A stretch of DNA of 64,000 nucleotides. Source: a bacterium. GTDB lineage: Bacteria > UBA8248. This document shows positions 1-9,496 of the stretch, piece after piece (the first letter of the stretch is position 1; each line of letters opens with the position of its first letter). The DNA lies in the NCBI GenBank assembly GCA_963692865.2, contig OY843592.1, positions 320,001 through 384,000 on the forward strand, written 5' to 3'. The position numbers and the translations under genes are program-made. Under the pieces are notes generated by a model that was not told the DNA's origin, searched no databases, and saw only the letters and a program-made list of their open reading frames with translations.

Positions 1-683
1 CGGTTCACGGGCCGGTCGTAGAGTTCGATGGGCGGCCCCGCCTGGAGGATCTTCCCCTCGTCCATGACGACGATGCGGTCGCCCATCGTCATCGCCTCGG
101 TCTGGTCGTGGGTGACGTAGACGGAGGTCGTGCCCAGGCGGCGCTGGAGCTTGCGTATCTCGGCCCGGGCGGTGACGCGCAGCTTGGCGTCGAGGTTGCT
201 GAGCGGCTCGTCGAAGAGGAAGGCGACCGGGTCGCGCACGATGGCCCGGCAGACCGCCACGCGCTGGCGCTGGCCGCCCGAGAGCTGGCGGGGCTTGCGG
301 GCGAGCAGGTCTTCCAGCCCCATGAGGGCGGCGGCCTCCTTGACGCGGCGGTCGATGTCCTCCCGCGAAATCCGCCGCACGCGCAGGCCGAAGGCCATGT
401 TCTCGTAGACCGTCATGTGGGGGTAGAGGGCGTAGTTCTGGAACACCATGGCCATGTTGCGGTCCTTGGCGGGAATCTCGTTCACGCGCTCGCCCGAGAC
501 GCGTATCTCGCCGCCGGTGGGAAACTCCAGCCCGGCCACCATGCGCAGCGTCGTCGTCTTCCCGCAGCCCGAAGGCCCCACCAGGACGAGGAACTCCCCC
601 TCGGCGACTTCGAGGTCGATCCCGTCCACGGCGCGCACGCTGCCGAAGTGCTTGCTCAGGTTCTCCAGACTCACGGTGCCCAA
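1..683 (-). CDS. Carbohydrate ABC transporter ATP-binding protein (MalK/UgpC-like), partial, runs off window start
   Basis: Not in ORF track. Manual translation from TTG at 683 (GGAGGAG RBS upstream): [14 protein letters not shown]...GPSGCGKTT (Walker A), [19 protein letters not shown] signature, [12 protein letters not shown]. Confidence 0.93.
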   Translation of the reverse strand, partial: MGTVSLENLSKHFGSVRAVDGIDLEVAEGEFLVLVGPSGCGKTTTLRMVAGLEFPTGGEIRVSGERVNEIPAKDRNMAMVFQNYALYPHMTVYENMAFGLRVRRISREDIDRRVKEAAALMGLEDLLARKPRQLSGGQRQRVAVCRAIVRDPVAFLFDEPLSNLDAKLRVTARAEIRKLQRRLGTTSVYVTHDQTEAMTMGDRIVVMDEGKILQAGPPIELYDRPVN

Positions 684-781
684 ACCGGCTCCTCCATCAT
701 CGCGCGCCGCGCCCCGAACGCGGCTGGTGGAAAACGCCCTGCGGGCGGGGTGAAATCGCTCTCCCTTCCAGCGCGCCCAAC

Positions 782-980
782 AACCACTCCCCCCTTGAGG
801 GGGAGTCGATGAGCTAAGGGCGCAAGCCCGTAAGCGAATCGGTGGGGGGTGCTTTTATGTTGAGAAAAATCCATATGATAGAACCACACCCCCCACCGCA
901 TCAGCCTTCGCGCAAAAACCGCTCGGCTTCTGTCGGGCTTTCCCCTCGGGAAGCCCGACCCCCTCAAGGGGGGAGTGGTT
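782..980. repeat. REP-like doublet, family A (CACTCCCCCCTTGAGGGGGAG ... CCCTCAAGGGGGGAGTG)
   Basis: 20-bp terminal inverted arms; related copies at 2995-3163 and 58050-58222. Confidence 0.85.
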
Positions 981-1050
981 TTCTTTCTTCTCATCGGTCG
1001 CGTTGAACCCTTATTCATCAGACCTTTCTCGACAACCCAGGCCGCAGCCA

Positions 1051-1899
1051 TCATTTCACCGCTCCCGCCGTTAAGGCGCGGATGAGATAGCGCTGCATGA
1101 AAAAGCCCACGAGCAGGGCGGGCAGCATGATCAGCGTCGCCAGGGTGGACATGTCCTGCCAGAAGACCTGCATCTCGCCCATGGTCTCCGCCAGCCGGAC
1201 GGGGATGGTGCGCGCGTGCACGTTCGTCAGCATGAACGCGAACATGAACTCGTTCCAGGCCAGCAGGAAGACGAAGATGGAGGTCGCGGCGATGCCCGAA
1301 GACGCGAGGGGAAAGGTCACCCGCGCCAGGGTGCGCAGCGCGCCGCAGCCGTCGAGCGCGGCGGCCTCTTCGAGTTCCTTCGGTATTCCGTCGAAAAACG
1401 CCTTCATCAGCCAGGTGCCGAAGGGGATGTTCAAGGCGGTGTAGATGAGGATCAGGATGAAGCGCGTGTCGAGTATCTGGAGATAGCGGAAGAGCAGGTA
1501 GAGCGGCACCACCGCCGTCACGGGCGGCAGCAGGCGCGTGGCCAGCATGAAGAAGAGCAGATAGTTCGACGCCCGGAAGCGGTAGCGCGAGAACGCGTAG
1601 GCCGCCAGGGATGAGACCAGCAGGGTGAGGAAGGTCGTCACCACCGCGATGAAGGCGCTGTTCCAGATGAACAGCAGGGCCGATTCGTTTCCGAGGCTCA
1701 GAAACTTCCAGTACGAGGAAAAATCGGGACTCACGAAGACCTTGGGCGGAATGCTGAAGATGGCGGTCTCGTTCTTCACCGAGGTGAGCATGATCCACAG
1801 AATCGGGAACAGGCTGAACGCGAGCAGCACCATCATCGCCCCGCGCGCCGCCGGGAAGGAGGGAATCCCCGGCCCGATCTGTTCCTCGCCCCGCGCCAT
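1051..1899 (-). CDS. Carbohydrate ABC transporter permease (MalG-like)
   Basis: Multiple hydrophobic TM segments; EAA motif ELEEAAALDGC; operon context. Confidence 0.93.
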   Translation of the reverse strand: MARGEEQIGPGIPSFPAARGAMMVLLAFSLFPILWIMLTSVKNETAIFSIPPKVFVSPDFSSYWKFLSLGNESALLFIWNSAFIAVVTTFLTLLVSSLAAYAFSRYRFRASNYLLFFMLATRLLPPVTAVVPLYLLFRYLQILDTRFILILIYTALNIPFGTWLMKAFFDGIPKELEEAAALDGCGALRTLARVTFPLASSGIAATSIFVFLLAWNEFMFAFMLTNVHARTIPVRLAETMGEMQVFWQDMSTLATLIMLPALLVGFFMQRYLIRALTAGAVK

Positions 1900-1902
1900 C
1901 GC

Positions 1903-2832
1903 CTAGCCGTCCCTGTCCCGGATGAGCCGCAGGTAGGCGAACGCTATCCCTGCGCCCAGCACGAGGAGGACGACCGAGGTGGCCGCCGCGTTGCCCACGT
2001 CGAAATAGCGGAAATAAATGCGCTGGATAAACAGGCCGTAGGGCATGGTGGACGTGCCGGGGCCTCCTTCGGTGAGGATATAGGGAATGTCGAACACCCG
2101 CAGCTTGAAGATGGTCTGGAACAGCAGCGCCACCACCAGCGGGGGAAGGATGAGCGGAAAGGTGATCCGCCGGAACACCTGCACCCGGTTCGCGCCGTCC
2201 ACGTGGGCGGCCTCGAACACCTCGCCCGGGAGCGCCGTGATGCCCGCCAGGAGGATCATGGTGACGAAGGGCGTCGAGCGCCAGACCTCGCAGATCACGA
2301 TGGCCCAGAAGGCGGGGCCCGTCTCGGCGAGCCAGTTCACCTTGGCGACGCCCACGAGGGTGATGAGGAGGTTCACGATGCCGATGTCGCGGTCCCACAT
2401 GAGCCGCCAGCCGAGGCCCACCGCGATGGGGGCGACCATGTAGGGGGTCAAGAGAAAGGACGTCATGAGCCGCCTGCCGCGCACCAGTCCGTAGAGCAGC
2501 AGCGCGCTCGCCACCCCCAGGATGAACTCCAGGGCGATGGTGGCCACGGTGAAGCCCAGGCTGAAGCGGGTCACCTGCCAGAAGTCGGGGTCGAACGTGA
2601 GCAGGTGCGCGTAGTTCGCAAAGCCGACGAAAGTGGAGATATGCGGCGTCGTGAGGCGCCATTTCCACATCGAGAGGTAGATGTTGTAGATCGAGGGATA
2701 GACCAGTATCCCGCCGAGGATGGCGAAGGCGGGCGCCATGAGCAGATAGGGCGCCAGCTTCTGCTTTCGCGCGGGGGTGAACCACGACCGGCTCCCCCGC
2801 CGCGCCGCATTCTGAACGGCTCCGGTATTCAC
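1903..2832 (-). CDS. Carbohydrate ABC transporter permease (MalF/UgpA-like)
   Basis: FVGFANY motif, EAA motif EVFEAAHVDGA. Start placed at GTG 2832 after GGAG because the track's longer start lies in a repeat. Confidence 0.88.
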   Translation of the reverse strand: MNTGAVQNAARRGSRSWFTPARKQKLAPYLLMAPAFAILGGILVYPSIYNIYLSMWKWRLTTPHISTFVGFANYAHLLTFDPDFWQVTRFSLGFTVATIALEFILGVASALLLYGLVRGRRLMTSFLLTPYMVAPIAVGLGWRLMWDRDIGIVNLLITLVGVAKVNWLAETGPAFWAIVICEVWRSTPFVTMILLAGITALPGEVFEAAHVDGANRVQVFRRITFPLILPPLVVALLFQTIFKLRVFDIPYILTEGGPGTSTMPYGLFIQRIYFRYFDVGNAAATSVVLLVLGAGIAFAYLRLIRDRDG

Positions 2833-2994
2833 GATCTTCTCCGTGCCTCCGCCGGCCTCCGGGTTTCTCGGATGGAGAACCCGGCTATCCCCGGAGGGGG
2901 CCTTCGTGTCCGGCTTCCGGCGTAATCGCCACCTCCATTGTAGGTGGCGCATATGGGGTTGTTGAAAAGCCCACAGAAGGAGCGTACCGAATTT

Positions 2995-3163
2995 CACTCC
3001 CCCCTTGAGGGTCGGGCTTCCCGAGGGGAAAGCCCGACAACGAGGCAAGGGCGAAGCCCGCAGGCGAGTTGGTGGGGGAGCTTTTTCTGTGGAATGTCCC
3101 CCCACCGGTTCAGCCTTCGCAGAAAACGCTCGGCTTCACCGACTCCCCCTCAAGGGGGGAGTG
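2995..3163. repeat. REP-like doublet, family A
   Basis: Same inverted arms and shared internal blocks as 782-980 and 58050-58222. Confidence 0.85.
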
Positions 3164-3544
3164 GTTCTTGCGCTTTCATCGGTCGCGTTAAACCCTCTTT
3201 CATCGGGGCAGTAATCCCCCCCACCCTCCCTTGTCGGACTTATTGAAAAACCCCTCGTCGGGTAGAAGGGCCTTGCTTTTTCTTGCCCCCCTGACAAGGG
3301 GGGTAAGGGGGGTTGCTCTGGTAGTGACAGCCCCTCCTCGGGGCTGTCACTACAACAATCATGGGGTCTTCGTAGGGGCGGCCCCCCGTGGCCGCCCGTA
3401 TCGGATATGTCCATCCCCTTGGTTACGCTTCACAGGGACAGGCACGGGGTCCTGTCCCTACAAATCCTCTATTTGCAGGACCCCATGCCGACTTTTCCAC
3501 ACCCCCCGGGATGCCTTCTCGTCCGGCTTGCTTCCCCGGTCGCT

Positions 3545-4819
3545 CTACTTGATTACCGCGTTGATCCGCTTGCAGGCGTCCCCCATGGCCTGCTTCGCGC
3601 TCTTCTTCTTCTGCAGGTAGTTGATGACTTCCTTCGAGGTGGCGTCGCTTATCTCGGACGCGCGCGGATGCTGCGCCGCGCCGCTGCCCCGGCTGATGGC
3701 GGTCAGCCACGCCTTCGCCACCGGGAACTTCTTGAGATAATCCGCGTTCGTGTAGACCGAACTGCGCACGGGGCCGTTCGCCCACTGCAGGGCGCCCCGA
3801 AGCTGGTTCTTCTTGTTGGAGAGCGCCATGATGAGCTCCCAGGCCGCCGCCTTGTTCTTGCTCTTCTTGTCCATGACGAGGTGCCAGCCGCCGTTCAGGG
3901 TGGCGCCCCGGTTCTTGCCGTCCAGCGTGGGGACGAGGAACCAGCCCAGCTTGTCCGCCGTCTTGGACTTCTTGGGGTTGGTCATCAGGCCCCAGTAGGG
4001 GGAGAAGTAGACCCCCATGGCGGCGCGGCCCTGCATCATGGCGTTGCGGTACTCGTCGCGGCCCCAGGCCAGCATGTCGGGCGGCGACCAGCCGCTGCGG
4101 AACGGCTTGCCGAATATCTCGAGCAGCTTGACCGAATCGGCGCGCTCCAGCAGGCAGGTCTTGTTGTCGGCCGAGAGCACGCCGTGGCCGGAACTGTGGA
4201 GATAGCGCAGGAAGTCCTGCTCCACGTGGACGCCCGGTTTCCCGCGCTGAACGACGCCGTAGACCTTGCCGGGCTGGTTCAGCTTCTCGGCCGCGGCGAG
4301 GAACTGACCCCAAGTCTTGGGGATCGCGACCTTGGCCGCCGCGAACAGGTCCTTTCGGTAATAGACGATTCCCGTTCCCGTCCGGTAGGGAACGCCGTAG
4401 GCGGGCCCGCCGGGCTTGGGGAAGCGGGTGGTGCCCGAGAGAGCGGGGATGAGGTCGCCGTAGTCGTAGCCTTTGGGCGCGCTCTTGATGTAGCTGTCCA
4501 GCGGCTCGAGGAAGCCTATCGTCTCGGGGTTGACCCAGGCGTCCACCCAGGACACCACGTCGAACTGCCCGCCTCCGGCGGCGAAGGAGAGCACCGCCTT
4601 GTCCTTGATCTTCCCGTAGGGGGTGGTCACCACGGTAACCTTGATGCCCTTCTCCTTCTCGAGGTCGGCCACGACGCCCTTCGGCCCCCCCGCCGCCTTG
4701 AACAGGGTCGGGTGGATGAGGAGGGTGACCTTCTTGGCCGCCGCGGCGGGAAGCGCTAACCCCGCCACCAGGGCGGTCACGGCGATAAGGCATATGAGCC
4801 GACGTCCGGAACGTTTCAT
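3545..4819 (-). CDS. Sugar ABC transporter substrate-binding protein
   Basis: Signal peptide (MKRSGRR...ALPAAA); SBP_bac_1-like motifs YYRKDLF, PKTW, GGW. Confidence 0.9.
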   Translation of the reverse strand: MKRSGRRLICLIAVTALVAGLALPAAAAKKVTLLIHPTLFKAAGGPKGVVADLEKEKGIKVTVVTTPYGKIKDKAVLSFAAGGGQFDVVSWVDAWVNPETIGFLEPLDSYIKSAPKGYDYGDLIPALSGTTRFPKPGGPAYGVPYRTGTGIVYYRKDLFAAAKVAIPKTWGQFLAAAEKLNQPGKVYGVVQRGKPGVHVEQDFLRYLHSSGHGVLSADNKTCLLERADSVKLLEIFGKPFRSGWSPPDMLAWGRDEYRNAMMQGRAAMGVYFSPYWGLMTNPKKSKTADKLGWFLVPTLDGKNRGATLNGGWHLVMDKKSKNKAAAWELIMALSNKKNQLRGALQWANGPVRSSVYTNADYLKKFPVAKAWLTAISRGSGAAQHPRASEISDATSKEVINYLQKKKSAKQAMGDACKRINAVIK

Positions 4820-4871
4820 CGTTTCTCCTCCCTTTGCTGGGTGATCGGATGATGCGAATTCCAGGGAGCGG

Positions 4872-6257
4872 TCACACGACCGCCCCGTCCTGTCGAAGCT
4901 TCTCCCGCAACGGCTCGACCGGCAGTTCGCGCGGGGTCGTCCTGCGCTCGGCGCACATGGCCGCCGCCGTGCCCGCCGCCTGCCCGATGGTCATGATGTG
5001 GGCCTGGTTGCGCACGGAGCCGTTCGCGAAGCGATCGCTCGATACGGGCCGGCCCGCCACGATGCAGTTCTCCACTTTCTGCGGGATCATGACGCCGTAG
5101 GGGATGCCGTAGGATTCCCCGTCCCTGACGTGCTTGTGCTCGATCACGCCGCTGGGCTGATGGACGTCCAGGCAGTAGGCCCCCTGGCCGATGTCGCGCG
5201 GCCCCTTGCGCGCCTCGATGCAGTCCTCGTCCGTGAGGGTCTCCTCCCCGATGATGCGGCGCGTCTCGCGCACCCCGATGGCCGAGGCCGAATCGACCAC
5301 GTAGCACTCCTCGAAGCCGGGGGCGTATTTGCGGTAGAAATCGCGCACCTTGAATATCTGCTCGCGGCCCTCGATGGCGACCTGGTTCAGATCGTCGTTG
5401 TCGACGCCGCTGTAGCCCAGCATGCTCGTCGAGTTGATGGTGACGACGCCCGGAATGGTGGTGACGGAGAACACCACCCGCTGGCGGTTCGGGTGGAACT
5501 CGCCGCGCGACTGGGCGAGCTTGACCGCCTCGTAATAGCCGGTCACGAGGGGGTAATCCTTGTGGGTGCGAAGGCCTGCGGCGATCTCCTCTCGGCTCTT
5601 CCCGATGTAGGGGTCCTCGCCGAGCATGAAGTTGTACGGGTTGGCCTTGACGTGCGCGAGATGGCGGTCCAGGTCCACGTTCCCCATCCGGGAGAAGAGG
5701 CTGATGGACATCAGCTTGCCCTCCTCGTCGCCGAGGTGGAAGGGCGCGCCCGCCTGCGCGGCGATGTCCGCGTCCCCGCTCGCGTCGATGACGACCTGGG
5801 CGCGGATTTCGCTCTCCCCGCTCTTGTTCACGATCCGCGCGCCGGCCACCCGGTCGCCGTCCATGACGGGTCCTATGGTGTAGGTGTTCAGCACCAGGTC
5901 CACGCCCGCCTCCAGGCAGAGTTTCTGGTTCACGAGCTTGAGCACCTCGCCGTCCTGGGGCGTCACGGAGTAGGAGTTGCCGTAGGCGTTATGGAGGTGG
6001 CCTTCGGGAAAGGCGCCGCCAAGCCGGATGAGTTCGTCCACGATCTCCTGGGGGATGCCGTCGCAGATCTGCTCCCCCTTCATGTTGTGGAAGGTGAGGA
6101 AGTTGCCGAGAAGGCCCGCGGTCGCGTTGCCCCCCAGGAAGGCGTAGCGATCCGTGAGGACCGTCCGAGCGCCGCCCCGCGCCGCGGCGATGGCGGCGCA
6201 CACCCCGGCCATGCCCGCTCCGACTACGAGAACGTCGACGTTGCTCCTGTCCGCCAT
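4872..6257 (-). CDS. FAD-dependent oxidoreductase (FAD_oxidored family)
   Basis: VVGAGMAG Rossmann motif, IDASGDAD, GVRETRRIIG, YGIPY, GQAAGTAAA. Start MADRSN with GGAG RBS. Confidence 0.9.
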   Translation of the reverse strand: MADRSNVDVLVVGAGMAGVCAAIAAARGGARTVLTDRYAFLGGNATAGLLGNFLTFHNMKGEQICDGIPQEIVDELIRLGGAFPEGHLHNAYGNSYSVTPQDGEVLKLVNQKLCLEAGVDLVLNTYTIGPVMDGDRVAGARIVNKSGESEIRAQVVIDASGDADIAAQAGAPFHLGDEEGKLMSISLFSRMGNVDLDRHLAHVKANPYNFMLGEDPYIGKSREEIAAGLRTHKDYPLVTGYYEAVKLAQSRGEFHPNRQRVVFSVTTIPGVVTINSTSMLGYSGVDNDDLNQVAIEGREQIFKVRDFYRKYAPGFEECYVVDSASAIGVRETRRIIGEETLTDEDCIEARKGPRDIGQGAYCLDVHQPSGVIEHKHVRDGESYGIPYGVMIPQKVENCIVAGRPVSSDRFANGSVRNQAHIMTIGQAAGTAAAMCAERRTTPRELPVEPLREKLRQDGAVV

Positions 6258-6323
6258 GGCTATCTCCTTCTTTCCGGTCAATTCATGAAGAATCCACCAG
6301 TTGAATTCATGGTTCCCCCTCAA

Positions 6324-6567
6324 GGGATTGTTGAAAAACCCCTCGTCGGGGGGACATCGCCTTTACCCCCCCTTGTCGGGGGTTGTTAAAAAAACCCCTT
6401 CTCGCTCGGAATTCACCACTCCCGTCATTTCGGCGTCATTGCCATTTCTGTTGTAGGGGCCGCATATATGCGGCCCTCCCCGTTCGTGGCATGCGGGTCG
6501 CATATATGCGACCCCTACACATCCCCTCGAATGGCGACCGTAGGGGCGGTTCGCGAACCGCCCCTAC
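6324..6567. repeat. Mosaic repeat region: two left TIR-like ends plus GTAGGGGC...GCCCCTAC REP palindromes
   Basis: GGGATTGTTGAAAAA at 6324; TTGTC followed by GGGGGTTGTTAAAAAA at ~6378; palindromes at 6453-6518 and 6540-6567. Confidence 0.75.
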
Positions 6568-6620
6568 TGCCGACTCACGTATATGATTCCCTTTCCTTTT
6601 CTCTCGTCCGTATCGTTCGC

Positions 6621-7655
6621 TTAATCCCGCACCGGCTTCGTGACCGCACGGGTCTCGCCGTAGGTCGGGAAGAAGAGCGTGTGGCTCCCCGGCCCTCCGG
6701 CTACACTGATGAGAATGTTCTCCGGCCCGTCCGCCACCGGCACGCCATCAGGTTCGGCGTCGCCAAAAAGCCCGGGCCGCCTCCCCCGCACGCGCCCGGC
6801 GATCTCGGGCGAAAAACTCTTCATGGGCACACGCGCCCCCTCGAACAGCGCGCGCTGCGCGTCCGCCCGGTCCACCCCGCCCGAGACGAGGAGACCCAGG
6901 TGCTGGGGGCTGATGACGAGGAGCACCTCCCCGCCGCCCTGGGCGTTGTTCGAGCCGGGGTAGGCCATCGTGCCCGCGATCATGCGCAGCACGCTCTCCG
7001 CACTGCCGCTCGCGTAATCGTTCACGTTTACGGGCGCATCCGCCGCCACCACCGTCACCGCGCTCTGCTCCGCGCGGAACCCCCGCGTCGCGTGGAGCGG
7101 CTCCCAGCCGCAGGCCGCCTCGGCGAAACAGGCGGCGTACTTCCCGCCGTGGCCGAAGGTGGCCATGTCGGTCTCGCCGGGAACCGCCATTCCCAGCCGA
7201 ACGGCGGCCAGGCGGACGGCGCGGCCGATTGTGGCGTTCGCCCGGAAACCCGGCCCCAGGCACCCGCTGCCGGAGTGCACGCCTATCCGCTCGGCGACAG
7301 GCCCGTGGACGATCACCAAAGGCGAGGCGAGCTCGGTGGTCGCCTGAATGGCCAGGAAATTGAACTCGGGCTCCATGACGGCTTCGAGCGCCGCCAGAAC
7401 GACAGGGAAGTACTCCGGCCTGCACCCTGCGGCCACCGCGCAGACGGCCGCCTCTTCGACCGTCACCTCTTGCATACCGGGCGCCATGACTCCCAGAACG
7501 TGGGTGGGACCTTCCTGGGCGGCGGCGAGCATGGCGTCGACCGCCCCCCGCGTGGGCGGGACGAGGGGCAGGCCGTCGCCCGGCCCATCCTCCATCGCGG
7601 CTTCGAGCGCGGCCTGAGCGCTCGGCGAGAGTTCGCTCAGGAGCGCTTCGGGCAT
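6621..7655 (-). CDS. UGSC-associated conserved protein (DGLPxxPPT family), paralog of the C-terminal part of the upstream selenoprotein
   Basis: Motifs DGLPLVPPT, AVAAGCRP, ANATIGRAVRL, WEPLH, VAGGPGSH, shared with 7659-8906. Confidence 0.8.
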   Translation of the reverse strand: MPEALLSELSPSAQAALEAAMEDGPGDGLPLVPPTRGAVDAMLAAAQEGPTHVLGVMAPGMQEVTVEEAAVCAVAAGCRPEYFPVVLAALEAVMEPEFNFLAIQATTELASPLVIVHGPVAERIGVHSGSGCLGPGFRANATIGRAVRLAAVRLGMAVPGETDMATFGHGGKYAACFAEAACGWEPLHATRGFRAEQSAVTVVAADAPVNVNDYASGSAESVLRMIAGTMAYPGSNNAQGGGEVLLVISPQHLGLLVSGGVDRADAQRALFEGARVPMKSFSPEIAGRVRGRRPGLFGDAEPDGVPVADGPENILISVAGGPGSHTLFFPTYGETRAVTKPVRD

Positions 7656-7658
7656 GGC

Positions 7659-9269
7659 CTAGTCGATCTTCCGCGTGACGGATCGGTGGTTCAGCGCGCC
7701 GGGCGCCAGGAGCGAGTTCGGCCCAGCACCTCCGTGCACCATGATGGTGATGTCCTCCCTCTCCTCGACGATGGGGAGGGTCGCGTTCTCCATCGTGTTC
7801 ACCCCGTAGAGCATCTGCTTCCAGTCGCTCCAGCGCTCCCGCGATTCGGGGGGATAGGCGTGGACCGGAATGCGGTGGACCTCGCAGAGGTAGTCTCGCA
7901 CGAGCTTCTTGTCGAACCCCGCTTCTGCGACCTTGTTCGCGTGGGTGGGACCGAAGATGAGCATGATCTCGCAGCGGCCGAACTGCGGCCGGGTGCCGGA
8001 GCAGGCGGCCACGGTGCCGAAGGTGCCCAGGATGCCCTGCGCGGTGAGCGCGCTGTGGTCGTCCACCATGTGGAGGGGTTCGGCGGTGAACACCGTCACC
8101 ACGCTGTCCGATTCGGCGAAGCCCTTCTCCACGTGGAGCGGCTCCCAGGGGCTCTGCTCGACGTTCTCGGTGATGGCGTCGAAATACTTGGCGAAATGGC
8201 CCTGGCAGGTGGCGCCCCGGTTTTCCAAGTCGCCGATGCAGTTGAACATGATGAGCTTGACCGCGCGGCCGATTGCCGCGTTCACCCCCCAGCCCTCCGC
8301 GCTCAAGTCGCGCCCGTCGCTCATCCCGACTTCGCGCGCGATGGGGCCGCTCACCACGACGATGGGGAACAGCGTGTGCGCCGTGGTGATGACGTGGTTG
8401 ACGTGGTACTCCTCCGCCCCCATGGCCTGCACCGCCGTAACGAGGATGGGCATGACGCCGGGCTTGCAGCCCGCCATGACGGCGTTGGCCGCGACCCGCT
8501 CCACGGTGATGTCCGCCAGCCTCGGCATGAGGCGGGCGATGACCTCATCGCCCTTGCGGCCCGAGGCCGCCACGAACCGCTCCACCATTTCAAGAGTCGG
8601 GGGGATGACGGGCAGCCCGTCCGTCGCCCCCAGATCGAAGAGCGCCCCGTTCGCGCCGATGGGGTCTCCCGCAATCGTGAGGACCCGCTCGATGGGGTCC
8701 TCGGCGACGGCTGCGGCGTCTCCCCCGTTCGCCGTGTTCATCCACTCGGCGGCCACCGAATCCACGCCGCTTTGCGCGATGCGCATCAGGGCGTCGCCGC
8801 CCTGGTGGGCCACGGTGTCGTCCACAAGGAGAAGACGCAGATGGGGGGATTTGTAGGCCTTGGCGAAACTGCGCGCCGCCGTCTCGAAGCCGTTTCCCAC
8901 CACCACGACGGTGGGGACGCCGCGCTTTTCAAGCTCGGCCGAGTCGTGGACACTCCACGACGTGCAACCCCCTCAGACCCCGAAGCCGGTCACCGCCACG
9001 TCACAGTTGGACGCGATCTCGTCCAGCGTCTCCTGGCCTGCGCCCTGGGCGGCCCAGCCCTTCTTTCGCACCAAAAGCTTGGCGCCGTGACGCTCGGCGA
9101 AGGCCTCTCCGACGTGGTTCAGAAAATCGCCCGCGTGGGGCATGGAGTTGTCGAGGAGGGCGATGCGGAGCCCGTCCAGTCCCGAGACGGCGGCGCCAAC
9201 GCCTGCGCCTTCCTCTTCCGCCACGGCGGCGATGGGGTTGATGATTTCGATTCGACCGTTTGCGTCCAT
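7659..9269 (-). CDS. UGSC-family selenoprotein (U-G-G-C motif) fused to DGLPxxPPT domain; UGA at 8973-8975 read as Sec; ~536 aa
   Basis: ORFs 8973..9305 and 7659..8906 are in the same frame, separated only by TGA. Read-through gives VAVTGFGV-U-GGCTSWSVHDSAELEKRGVPTVVV. Hairpin 11 nt 3' of the UGA. Confidence 0.85.
8943..8961 (-). promoter_or_regulatory. Candidate bacterial SECIS hairpin
   Basis: mRNA GUCGUGGA-GUG-UCCACGAC, a perfect 8-bp stem with G in the loop, starting 11 nt after the in-frame UGA. Confidence 0.75.
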
Positions 9270-9496
9270 ACCCGAACTCCCTCCGAATCCGCGGGGAACA
9301 CGCACTCCGCGCTTTAGGGGTTTAGCCGCGATCTTCGATTCTGCTTAGATAAATCAGTTATAAACAGGAAGCCGGTGAGATGTCAATTTCCCGGAGGCGC
9401 GCCCGACGGCCCTCCCCCTGTGAGAAAGGAAAGAGGCGGGCTTGCGCCCACAAGCGAAACGGGAAACTTTCCGCCCCTTGAAACGCGGGGGCGCCT

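Noticed and set aside
6468-9317. 949-aa plus-strand ORF and other long antisense ORFs (e.g. 25044-27497, 59191-61281)
   Set aside because: Shadow frames opposite well-supported genes, typical of high-GC DNA, with no recognisable motifs.
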